NCBI GenBank assembly: GCA_965601925.1
Contig: OZ271854.1
Location: 1,376,001-1,440,000, forward strand
Source of the DNA: Alkalispirochaeta sp.
Lineage (GTDB): Bacteria > Spirochaetota > Spirochaetia > DSM-27196 > Alkalispirochaetaceae
Length of the DNA stretch: 64,000 nucleotides
Reading direction: 5' to 3'
This document shows positions 28,756 through 38,845 of the stretch, piece by piece (the first letter of the stretch is position 1; the number at the start of each line of letters is the position of its first letter). Made by a program: the position numbers and the translations under genes. Under the pieces are notes generated by a model. The model was not told where the DNA came from. It did not search any database and was given only the letters and a program-made list of their open reading frames with translations.

Positions 28756-29805
28756 GTGAAAGCGGCGGTCTATTACGGACCCGGTGATATTCGCGTCGAG
28801 GAGCGCCCGGAGCCGGCCCCTACCGACGACAATCTGCTCGTCGAGATTCTATGTTGCGCAATCTGCGGCACCGATCTCAAGCTGGCGACGATCGGCAATC
28901 CGCGTTGTAAGCCGCCGCGAATCATCGGCCACGAGTTGGTCGGACGCGTCACCCACGTCGGCGCGCGTGTCGCCGGATATGCGGTGGGAGATCGTGTGAC
29001 CCTTGCCACGACCGTCGCGTGCGGCCGCTGTGCGTATTGCGAACGCGGCCTCGGCAACCTCTGCCTCAACGCCAAACCGATCAGCTACGACTTCGACGGC
29101 GGATTCGCCGAGTGCCTTGCGATCCCGCCGGAGGCGCTGGCCGGCGGCAACGTGATCAAAGTCCCCGACGAGCTCTCCAACGAGGCCGCCTCTCTCTCGG
29201 AACCGTTGAGCTGCGTCATTAACGCGCAGCGTCTGGCGGGCGTGAGACGCGGCGATCGCGTGGTGGTCCTCGGCGGTGGGCCTTTGGGAGCGCTCAACGT
29301 CGAGTTTGCCAAGGCCTCCGGTGCGAGTGAGGTAATGGTTGTGCAACGGTCCGAGCCTCGCCTGTCGCTACTGCGCAAGCTCGCCGACGTCACCGTGATC
29401 GACGGGAAACACGAGGATGTCAAAGACGTCGTCGATCGCCGTAGCGGGGGATTGGGTGCCGATGTGGTGGTAGTGAGCGCTCCGACGCGCAACGCCCACG
29501 AGATCGCCCCGTCTCTACTACGCAAGGGGGGCACGGTAAGCCTCTTTGCCAGCCTTCCGCGCGGCGACTCGACGATCGAGCTGGACAGCCGCCCACTCCA
29601 TTACGGTGAGCTCGCCGTAGTGGGTGCTTCCGACTCGCGGCCGGAGCACGTAACCGAGGCGGTACGCGTGATGGCCGACGGCGCGATCGACACCGAGACG
29701 ATCATCACGCACCGTGTGGCGCTCGACGCCTTTCACGACGGTATCGAGCTGATGAAGCGCAAAGAGTCCCTCAAAGTAATCGTCTATCCGCGGGGTATAC
29801 CGTGA
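28756..29805 (+). CDS. Zinc-dependent polyol/sugar dehydrogenase (MDR family)
   Basis: ICGTD, GHE..G, CGRC.YC..G..NLC, EPLSC, GGGPLG. Confidence 0.92.
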   Translation: MKAAVYYGPGDIRVEERPEPAPTDDNLLVEILCCAICGTDLKLATIGNPRCKPPRIIGHELVGRVTHVGARVAGYAVGDRVTLATTVACGRCAYCERGLGNLCLNAKPISYDFDGGFAECLAIPPEALAGGNVIKVPDELSNEAASLSEPLSCVINAQRLAGVRRGDRVVVLGGGPLGALNVEFAKASGASEVMVVQRSEPRLSLLRKLADVTVIDGKHEDVKDVVDRRSGGLGADVVVVSAPTRNAHEIAPSLLRKGGTVSLFASLPRGDSTIELDSRPLHYGELAVVGASDSRPEHVTEAVRVMADGAIDTETIITHRVALDAFHDGIELMKRKESLKVIVYPRGIP

Positions 29806-30305
29806 TTCTGGCGACGCGCCACATCGGCATCGTGGTGGCCGACATGGACCGGAGCGTGCGCTTCTGGCGCGACGTGATGGGTCTCGAGGTGGCTATCGAT
29901 TTTCGCCAGACGGGAGCGTACATCGAACGGGTGCAGGCGCTCAAAGGCGTGGATCTGCGCATGGTGAAGCTGACCGCCCCGGACGGCTCCATGATCGAGC
30001 TCTTGGCCGACGACGCCCACCCGTCGGCGAGTCACGGTAGCGACCGACTCTGTGACCACGGTATTCGCCATATCGCCTTCAACGTCACCGACATCGCCGT
30101 GGCATGGCGCACCCTGAGCGACCACGGTTGCCGGCCTTTGAGCGAACCGACCGACTCGCCGGACGGAAATGTCAAACTCTTTTTTACCCGCGACCCCGAG
30201 GGCAATCTATTGGAGATCGTGCAGGAGCTTAAGCCGTCGGTGCACAGCTCCGGCGGGGGTACCCGGGCACGAGATGAAGCCACGACCGCGGGACGGCCTC
30301 GATGA
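29802..30305 (+). CDS. VOC/glyoxalase-family protein
   Basis: RHIGIVVADMDRS..F, IELL, GIRHIAFNV, RDPEGNLLE. GTGA coupling. Confidence 0.88.
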   Translation: MILATRHIGIVVADMDRSVRFWRDVMGLEVAIDFRQTGAYIERVQALKGVDLRMVKLTAPDGSMIELLADDAHPSASHGSDRLCDHGIRHIAFNVTDIAVAWRTLSDHGCRPLSEPTDSPDGNVKLFFTRDPEGNLLEIVQELKPSVHSSGGGTRARDEATTAGRPR

Positions 30306-31066
30306 GCGTCGCTCTTTCGGGACACCTGGCGCTCGTCACCGGCGGCGCCACCGGCATCGGCGCCGCAACAGTCGAGCGGCTGACGCACGACGGCGCGGCG
30401 GTGGTGTGTTGCTACAATCGGAGCCGCGATAATGCCGAGGCGTTGGCGAAACGACTGGGACGCGACGGCGCCGCCGTCTTTACCACCCGGATGGACGTAT
30501 CGGATCCCGAGAGCGTGGAGGGGGCGGTGCGGGCGGCAACGAACCGGTTCGGTCGCGCGATCGACGTGTTGATCAACAACGCCGGTGACGTCTTCAAAAC
30601 CGCGCCGCTCGAGAAAATGACACCGGCGCTGTGGGACACGGTGCTGGGAGTCAATCTGCGAGGCGCCTTTCTGTGCGCCAAAGCGTGCATTCCCGGCATG
30701 AAAGCGGAGAAGTGGGGACGCATCATCAACGTCACTTCAATCTCGGCGCGCACCGGCGGCGGCCCCGGCTCGGCTCATTACGCGGCGAGTAAAGGCGGCC
30801 TGGACGCGCTAACGCGCTCAATGGCGATCGAGTTGGCGCCGGCGGGCATCACCGTCAACGGTGTGGCGCCGGGCGTGATCGACACGCCGATTCACCAGCG
30901 CATCAACACACCCGAGTCGCTGGAACGTATCCGCCGTGCGATTCCCCTGGCGCGCCTCGGCGACCCGCAGGAGATCGCCGCGGCGATCTCCTTTCTCGCG
31001 TCCGACGACGCGGCGTACATCACCGGCGAGATCATCGCGGTCAACGGCGGCAAGCGGCTCGATTGA
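30302..31066 (+). CDS. Short-chain dehydrogenase/reductase
   Basis: TGGATGIG, NNAG, YAASK, PGVIDT. Confidence 0.92.
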   Translation: MSVALSGHLALVTGGATGIGAATVERLTHDGAAVVCCYNRSRDNAEALAKRLGRDGAAVFTTRMDVSDPESVEGAVRAATNRFGRAIDVLINNAGDVFKTAPLEKMTPALWDTVLGVNLRGAFLCAKACIPGMKAEKWGRIINVTSISARTGGGPGSAHYAASKGGLDALTRSMAIELAPAGITVNGVAPGVIDTPIHQRINTPESLERIRRAIPLARLGDPQEIAAAISFLASDDAAYITGEIIAVNGGKRLD

Positions 31067-31098
31067 GCTCACGCGGGCCGAGCAAGGAGCGAGCGATC

Positions 31099-32010
31099 AT
31101 GACGGCACGATCGAGGACAACCGAACCGACAAAGGAGTCACCGGCGGCGAACCATACGCCTCAGGACGCACTGCGACTCTTTACCTTGGCCGGCAAGAGC
31201 GCCCTCGTTACCGGCGCGGCGCGCGGCATCGGGCGCGCGGTCGCCGAGGGGCTCGCCTCGATCGGCGTCCAGGTGGTCGTCACCGACGTCAACGCCGGCG
31301 AGCTGCGGCGAACCGAGGCACGCATCGTCGAGGCGCACGCCTCCGGGAGCGGTTGCCTGGCCCTGCCTGCGGAGCTCACCGACGACGGGGAACGCGCGCG
31401 GCTGGTGGAGCAGAGCGTAGAGCATTTCGGTGGCATCGATATTCTCGTAAACTGCGCCGCCATCACGCGCTCGACGCCGTCGGAACGCTATCCACGCGAA
31501 GACTGGGACTCCACGCTGGCGGTCAACCTCTCGGCAGTCTTTCATCTCTGCCGGGAGGTGGCGACGCGTACGATGCTTCCGCGGCGACGCGGAAGCATCA
31601 TCAACGTATGCAGCATCAACAGTGTGGTCGCCTTTCCTAACAACCCCGCCTACCAAGCGGCCAAGGGGGGCCTCCTGCAACTGACCCGGGCGTTGGCCAC
31701 CGACTGGGCCAAATACAACATCCGGGTCAACAACATCTGCCCCGGCTACTTCAACACGCCGCTGTCGCGCAAGAGCTACGAAGATCCGCGTGCCCACGCG
31801 GTACGCGCGCGGCGCACGATGCTTAACCGCTGGGGCGAGCCCGGGGAGATGGTAGGCCCAGTGATCTTTCTTGCGTCCGATGCATCGAGCTACGTCACCG
31901 GTAACGATCTCTTTGTGGACGGCGGCTGGGCTGCGTCGGGACTCACGGAAGCACAAGACGCTCCGGAGAGCGGATCGGTCGAAAGCGAGTCGAGCGGGAG
32001 CGCCACGTGA
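31099..32010 (+). CDS. Short-chain dehydrogenase/reductase (gluconate 5-DH/KduD-like)
   Basis: LFTLAGKSALVTGAARGIG, YQAAKGG, LATDWAKYNIRVN, PGYFNT, VDGGW. Confidence 0.88.
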   Translation: MTARSRTTEPTKESPAANHTPQDALRLFTLAGKSALVTGAARGIGRAVAEGLASIGVQVVVTDVNAGELRRTEARIVEAHASGSGCLALPAELTDDGERARLVEQSVEHFGGIDILVNCAAITRSTPSERYPREDWDSTLAVNLSAVFHLCREVATRTMLPRRRGSIINVCSINSVVAFPNNPAYQAAKGGLLQLTRALATDWAKYNIRVNNICPGYFNTPLSRKSYEDPRAHAVRARRTMLNRWGEPGEMVGPVIFLASDASSYVTGNDLFVDGGWAASGLTEAQDAPESGSVESESSGSAT

Positions 32011-32206
32011 GCGCGCACCGTGAAGATGCACGCAACAGCGCCCTGGGGAACTCGGACCGAAGACAACCGTTCCTTCGTTTAGACGCCCGCATACGGCCCA
32101 ATGGGCCGGGTCGGAGACTACGGAACGCCGCGATCTCCGTGAATGCCGTTCCATGCACGAGAGTTTCCGGGGCGCGAGATGAGCACCGCGACGGGAGATG
32201 GGTGCG

Positions 32207-32986
32207 ATGGCACGGCTGAAGGACAAAGTTGCGGTCGTTACCGGCGGCGGTCGCGGCATCGGGGAGGCGATCTGCCGTACCTTTGCCGCCGAAGGTGCGT
32301 TCGTGGCGGTAACCGATGTGCACCACGACGACGCCGACCGTGCCGCTACGGCGATCACCGGTGATGGAGGCCGCGCCGCGGCGTGGTCGTTCAACGTCAC
32401 CGACGCGGCGGCGGTTGCGGACGCGGCCGACCAGATCGAAGAGCGTTTCGGGGCGATCGATATCTGGGTCAACAACGCCGGGGTGTCGACGATCGTGCCC
32501 TTCCTCGAGTGCTCCGAAGCGACGTGGGACAAAACGCTTGCAGTCAACCTTACCGGTGCTTTTATTGGTAGCCAAACGGCGCTGCGCCGCATGGTACCGA
32601 GGCGGCGCGGGGTAGTACTCAACATGTCCTCCCAGTCGGGCAAGGTCGGCAACAGCCACTACGCCGCCTACTGCGCCAGCAAGTTCGGCGTGATAGGCCT
32701 CACTCAATCGCTGGCGGTGGAGTTTGCCCGTGACGGGGTACGGGTGAACGCTCTCTGCCCCGGCGTGGTCTTCACTCCCCTGTGGGACGAACAGATCGCC
32801 GACTACGCTCGTAAACGCACGATGGAGATCGGCGAAGTACGAGGCTATTTGGAGGGTAAGATCCCGATGGGACGCGCCTGCACCCCCGAGGACGTAGCGC
32901 AGGTCGCCCTTTTTTTGGCCGGCGACGAGGCGGCGTACATCACCGGCGAGGCGGTCAACATATCCGGCGGCAGCGTCATGCACTAA
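32207..32986 (+). CDS. Short-chain dehydrogenase/reductase (sorbitol-6-phosphate/polyol dehydrogenase-like)
   Basis: TGGGRGIG, NNAG, SSQSGKVG, YCASKFG, TPLWD...YA, YITGEAVNISGG. Confidence 0.88.
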   Translation: MARLKDKVAVVTGGGRGIGEAICRTFAAEGAFVAVTDVHHDDADRAATAITGDGGRAAAWSFNVTDAAAVADAADQIEERFGAIDIWVNNAGVSTIVPFLECSEATWDKTLAVNLTGAFIGSQTALRRMVPRRRGVVLNMSSQSGKVGNSHYAAYCASKFGVIGLTQSLAVEFARDGVRVNALCPGVVFTPLWDEQIADYARKRTMEIGEVRGYLEGKIPMGRACTPEDVAQVALFLAGDEAAYITGEAVNISGGSVMH

Positions 32987-33007
32987 AGTGGACCAAAAGG
33001 AGGAATC

Positions 33008-34045
33008 ATGCCGGTCGTTCGTGATTATCAGGCGGTAAAAGAGGTCTACCAGGAGGCGGGCGAGCTCGGCGTGGGCTTACCGGTCTTCTGCATGGAGGAC
33101 CGCGAGACGATGGAGGCGGTGTTGGCGGCGGTCTACGAGTACGGCCGCAAGATCGGCGTGGATGACCTGCCGGTGGTACCGGCGTGGACGATCCGCTACC
33201 CCCCGCGCGGACAGATGACGCTCGTCACCGCGGCGGGCGATCCGGTTCTGGGCACGCAGCTAATGTTCTCCGATCTGGAGCTGTTTATGGGCGAACACAG
33301 CCCCTACCGTAATTTACGTGCCCTGCCACACCTCGACCACGGCTTCCCGTGGTTGGACGGCGACATATTCGAGCACTTCGCCGATCACTTCGCCTCGGTA
33401 ATGCACGATGCGAGCGAACGGCCCTTTGAGGAGAACGTAGAGATGACCGCCCGCTACGTCGAGCGTGTCAAAGGACGCGTTCTGGTGGAGGGCGCGGTAG
33501 ACGAGATCTTCGCCGAGGGCAGCGAGAGTTACAAGAACGAGCTCACCACCGCGGCGCAGGCCGAGCGCTTTGTGACCCAAACGGGCGTGGACATCATCGT
33601 ACCCAACGTGGGCACGGAGCACCGCGCCACCTCCGACACGGTACACTACGACTCCGAGCGCGCGCGGGCGATCAGTGCGGCGGTGGGTAAGATTTTGTGC
33701 CTCCACGGCACCTCGTCGGTGAGTGCCGTGGACTTGCCGCGCATCCCCAGCGACGGCTTCGTCAAGATCAACGTCTACACCACCCTCGCGGTACACGGCG
33801 GGCAGGCGGTGGCACGTCGCGTACTCGGTAGTTTGCGAGACACCTTCACCGAACAGCAGCTCGACGAACTTGTCCGCGAGGGCGTCCTGGCCGAGACGAT
33901 TCTGACGGCGGGAGGGGCGACTCCGATCAAGCCCAAGCTCGCCGAGGTAGCCAACCCACCGCGGCGTGACGCGTGGTTCGCCGCGGTCAAAGAGCGCTGC
34001 AAGGACTTTCTGGAGGCGTTCAACTACCGACGGTACGCGATTTGA
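33008..34045 (+). CDS. Class II (metal-dependent) ketose-bisphosphate aldolase-like protein, divergent
   Basis: HLDHG, SVMHDAS..PFEEN, GTEH, LHGTS, KINVYT. AGGAGG RBS. Confidence 0.85.
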   Translation: MPVVRDYQAVKEVYQEAGELGVGLPVFCMEDRETMEAVLAAVYEYGRKIGVDDLPVVPAWTIRYPPRGQMTLVTAAGDPVLGTQLMFSDLELFMGEHSPYRNLRALPHLDHGFPWLDGDIFEHFADHFASVMHDASERPFEENVEMTARYVERVKGRVLVEGAVDEIFAEGSESYKNELTTAAQAERFVTQTGVDIIVPNVGTEHRATSDTVHYDSERARAISAAVGKILCLHGTSSVSAVDLPRIPSDGFVKINVYTTLAVHGGQAVARRVLGSLRDTFTEQQLDELVREGVLAETILTAGGATPIKPKLAEVANPPRRDAWFAAVKERCKDFLEAFNYRRYAI

Positions 34046-35251
<1,206 letters not shown>

Positions 35252-36499
35252 TTATGCATTCGCCTCCGGTTCGGTGGTTTGGTTCGCCGTGCCGGCGGGA
35301 TAGAGGAAGCAACTTACGTAGTGGTTGTCGTCCGTCTTTAGCAGTGATGGAGAAGTCGCGTCGCACGTTCCGGGCATAAACGCCGGGCAGCGCGGGTGGA
35401 AGGGGCACCCGGCCGGGCGTGCGTAGGGGTGCGGAATCGAGCCGCTGATCGCCTCCAAGCGCGTACGCGGCTTGGAGAGAATACTTGGAATGGAGCGCAA
35501 TAGGAGCCGTGTGTACGGGTGCTTGGGATTATGAAAGATCGCGTCCACCGGCCCACGCTCGACCACACGCCCCAGATACATTACCGCCACATCGTCCGCC
35601 ATCTCGGCGATCACACCCATATCGTGGGTGATCAGAATGAGCGAGATACCCTTTTGCGCCTGGAGTTCGCGCAACAAGTCGAGGATCTGCGCCTGAGTGG
35701 TCACGTCCAGGGCGGTGGTGGGCTCATCGGCGATTACGATCTGCGGATCACTGGAGAGCGCCATCGCGATCATGACGCGCTGCCGCAAACCGCCCGAGAG
35801 CTGAAAGGGATACTCGTCGATGCGTCGCTGCGGCTTTGGGATACCGACCAGGCGCAACATCTCGATCGCCTTGGCGCGCGCCTGGCGACGCGTCAGCGGC
35901 TGGTGCAGGCGGATCGCCTCGATCATCTGGTTGCCCACGGTGTGAAAGGCGCTGAAGGAGGTCATCGGCTCCTGGAAGATGAGCGAAATCTCGGCGCCGC
36001 GAATCGAGCGAATCGCGCGGCCGTCGGAATCCAGGGTGGTGAGGTCGACCGGCTCGCCGCCGTCCGCGCGGTGCAACCAGATGTGCCCCTCCTCGATTCG
36101 CGCCGAGCGCTCCAGAATACGCAGCACAGAGCGCGCCGTGACGCTCTTGCCGCAGCCCGACTCACCGACGATGCCCAGCGTTCTGCCGCGCCGGAGGTCC
36201 AAACTCGCCCCGTCAACGGCGCGTACTACCCCCTCGTCCTGGTGGAAGAACGTCTTCAGACCGCGGATCGAGAGCACCGACGCGTCGGGGGTCGTCGCAC
36301 CTGCATCCGGCGCGCCGCCGGCGACTCCGGTCGAAGGATGCTTCGTACCGGTAACCCCTCTCTCCCGAGAACGCCGCTCGCCGGCCCGGCGCCACGGTGC
36401 GAAACGTTTTGCACCCGTAACGCGCTTCGCCGCGGAGCCCTGCGCACCCGCGCCGTGTTCGGCCGGCGGGCGCCTTGCGCCCTTACGTCGCCTACCCAT
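35252..36499 (-). CDS. Opp/Dpp-type ABC transporter ATP-binding subunit (OppD-like); start may lie downstream
   Basis: GESGCGKS, IFQEPM, LSGGLRQR, DEPTTALD, GCPFHPRC. Confidence 0.92.
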   Translation of the reverse strand: MGRRRKGARRPPAEHGAGAQGSAAKRVTGAKRFAPWRRAGERRSRERGVTGTKHPSTGVAGGAPDAGATTPDASVLSIRGLKTFFHQDEGVVRAVDGASLDLRRGRTLGIVGESGCGKSVTARSVLRILERSARIEEGHIWLHRADGGEPVDLTTLDSDGRAIRSIRGAEISLIFQEPMTSFSAFHTVGNQMIEAIRLHQPLTRRQARAKAIEMLRLVGIPKPQRRIDEYPFQLSGGLRQRVMIAMALSSDPQIVIADEPTTALDVTTQAQILDLLRELQAQKGISLILITHDMGVIAEMADDVAVMYLGRVVERGPVDAIFHNPKHPYTRLLLRSIPSILSKPRTRLEAISGSIPHPYARPAGCPFHPRCPAFMPGTCDATSPSLLKTDDNHYVSCFLYPAGTANQTTEPEANA

Positions 36500-37634
36500 A
36501 TGGATCCGCCGCGTCTCGCAGTCCGTCGCCCAGAAAGTTGAACGCCAACACCGCGATGATGACCGACGCCGCCGGCAGCAGGAGCCACGGCGAGAGCGCC
36601 ACGGCCTGCACGTTCTGCGCCTGCTGCAACAAAACGCCCCAACTGATCGCCGGCGGGCGCAACCCTAACCCCAAGAAACTCAACGCCGTTTCCGCGATGA
36701 TCATCACCGGAATCGCCAGGGTTGTGGCGGCGATGATGTGACTCAGAAACGAAGGCACCATGTGGCGAAAGATGATGCGCAAACGCCCGGCGCCGGCGAG
36801 CTCCGCAGCGACCACGAAATCCTCCTCCCGGAGCGAAAGAAAGCGCCCCCGCACCACGCGCGCCATCACCGTCCACCCGATAAGCGAAATAATGATCGTG
36901 ATAAAGAAATAGATACGCGTAATCGGCCACTCGGCGGGCATCGCCGCCGCCAGACCCATCCACAACGGAATCGTCGGAATCGAGCGCACGATCTCGATCA
37001 GGCGCTGAATCACCGTATCGACCACTCCGCCGTACAGTCCCGATATTCCCCCGAGGAGAATTCCTAAAAAGAGGCTCAGCGCCACGCCGACCAATCCGAT
37101 CGTCAGGGAGGTGCGCGTTCCCACCATCAGTCGGGACCATAGGTCGCGCCCGGTGATGTCGGTACCCAACAGAAAGAGCGTCTCCTCGGCGCGGGCGTCG
37201 GCTACGCCTATAAGATGACGGTTGACGGGGATCAAGCCCAAGAGCCGGTACTCGTAACCCGGCGCAAAGAGGCGGAGATAGTATTTGCGTTCCGGGTCGG
37301 GTTGGTAGACGCGACGAAAGGTCGCCGGGTCGCGCCGTCCGACCAGGCCGATCACGTGGGGCTTGAGTCTACCCTCGTCGAACCAGTGAATGCGTTGCGG
37401 TGGAATCAGCGAGCGCCCCGCCTCGGATTCAAAGGGGTCGGCGTACGCGAAAAAATCGGCGAAGAGTACTACGGTGTAGAAAAGGATCAAGACGATCAGC
37501 GAGGCGAGCGCCACCTTGTGCTTGCGGAAGCGCCACCACATGAGCTGCCACTGCGTCGCCATCGCGATGCGCCGGGCGGCATCCCTGTTCTCGGTACCGG
37601 CCGCTGGGGGCGGAGAAGTGTTCACGTCGGCCAT
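36492..37634 (-). CDS. Opp/Dpp-type ABC permease (OppC-like)
   Basis: QWQLMWWRFRKHK, LGTDITGRD, EEDFVVAAELAGA, AFNFLGDGLRDAADPY. Confidence 0.93.
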   Translation of the reverse strand: MADVNTSPPPAAGTENRDAARRIAMATQWQLMWWRFRKHKVALASLIVLILFYTVVLFADFFAYADPFESEAGRSLIPPQRIHWFDEGRLKPHVIGLVGRRDPATFRRVYQPDPERKYYLRLFAPGYEYRLLGLIPVNRHLIGVADARAEETLFLLGTDITGRDLWSRLMVGTRTSLTIGLVGVALSLFLGILLGGISGLYGGVVDTVIQRLIEIVRSIPTIPLWMGLAAAMPAEWPITRIYFFITIIISLIGWTVMARVVRGRFLSLREEDFVVAAELAGAGRLRIIFRHMVPSFLSHIIAATTLAIPVMIIAETALSFLGLGLRPPAISWGVLLQQAQNVQAVALSPWLLLPAASVIIAVLAFNFLGDGLRDAADPYG

Positions 37635-38641
37635 CAGCGTCGATCCATACCAAAGCGAATGCGCGGGTCGATCCACATCAGGATCAAATCGGAGACGAAG
37701 GTGCCGACAACCGTCATCACCGCCAACAGCAACAGAATCGTACCGGCCAGGAAGAGATCCTGTGATAGCAGCGCGCGGTACAAGAGCGGTCCCACCGTCG
37801 GTAGGCTCAGCACAAGGGAGACGATGATGCTACCGGAGACGATAAAGGGAAAGATGTAGCCGATTGTGCTGGCAAAGGGGTTGAGCGCGGCGCGCACCGG
37901 ATACTTCATGATGACGCGCGTCTCGCTCAGACCTTTTGCGCGTGCGGTGACCACGTAGGGCTTGCGCAACTCGTCCAATAGGTTGGCGCGCATAATGCGT
38001 ATCAGCTCGGCGGTGCCGGCCATACCGAGCACGATCGCCGGGATCGGCAAATGGCGCACGAGGTTCCACACGCGCGCCCAGCTCCACGATGCATGCTGAA
38101 ACTCAGGCGAAAAGAGCCCGCCCAGCTGGGTGGCGCCGAAATAGCGAAAGCTTACGTACAGCACGATTAGGGCTAACATGAAGTTGGGAATAGCCACTCC
38201 CAGAAAGCCGATAAAGGTAAAGACGTAGTCGGCGATCGAGTACTGTCGCACCGCCGAGTAGATGCCGATCGGAAACGCTACGGCCCAGATAAAGAGCACC
38301 GCCGCGACTGAGACGACGACGGTGAGCATCAGCCGATCGCCGAGAACCTCGCGTACCGGTCGGTTGTACTCAAATGATATGCCGTAGTCGCCGCGCAGAA
38401 CACGGCCGATCCAGCGGCCGTACTGGACGTACAACGGGCGGTCCAGTCCGAACTGCTGACGCAGCGCCTCCTGCTCCTCCAGCGATACGGGGTTGCCCGC
38501 AGCGGCCAACTGCGCCACGTACGAGGTCGCGAAGTCGCCGGGAGGCAGTTCCATCACTACGAAGGAGAGGATCGACGCCACAAAGATCGTGAGCAACGCC
38601 AGTGCGAAGCGGCGAGCGATGTATCCGACCACGTTGAACAA
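37634..38641 (-). CDS. Opp/Dpp-type ABC permease (OppB-like)
   Basis: LPPGD, GLDRPL..QY, YVVTARAKGL, DPRIR. Confidence 0.93.
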   Translation of the reverse strand: MFNVVGYIARRFALALLTIFVASILSFVVMELPPGDFATSYVAQLAAAGNPVSLEEQEALRQQFGLDRPLYVQYGRWIGRVLRGDYGISFEYNRPVREVLGDRLMLTVVVSVAAVLFIWAVAFPIGIYSAVRQYSIADYVFTFIGFLGVAIPNFMLALIVLYVSFRYFGATQLGGLFSPEFQHASWSWARVWNLVRHLPIPAIVLGMAGTAELIRIMRANLLDELRKPYVVTARAKGLSETRVIMKYPVRAALNPFASTIGYIFPFIVSGSIIVSLVLSLPTVGPLLYRALLSQDLFLAGTILLLLAVMTVVGTFVSDLILMWIDPRIRFGMDRR

Positions 38642-38652
38642 ACCTCCTCATT

Positions 38653-38790
38653 GCGATGCGGGTATAGCGGCGACGAGGGCCGCGGTGCGCCCGACCATCG
38701 GAACAGCTCAAGCGACGAACCTCTCTGCCGCGGCCCGATACGCCCGTCGCTACACCACGACGAACCGGCGTGCGGCGGGCGCCGCATCGC
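38653..38790. repeat. Nested long inverted repeats between the SBP and permease genes
   Basis: GCGATGCGG...CCGCATCGC encloses GCGACG..GGGCCGCGG...CCGCGGCCC..CGTCGC. Probably an mRNA-stabilising stem-loop. Confidence 0.5.
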
Positions 38791-38845
38791 TACACGACAT
38801 CATGCATCCGCCGCAGTCGCTTCGTGGTCTCGCGCTTCCTTCCCG

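Noticed and set aside
31138..32983. Long antisense ORFs (504 aa, 346 aa) and similar shadows at 2609-3661, 16672-17589, 52151-53128, 59784-60830 and 61723-62769
   Set aside because: They lie opposite well-supported genes, lack motifs, and are expected in high-GC DNA.
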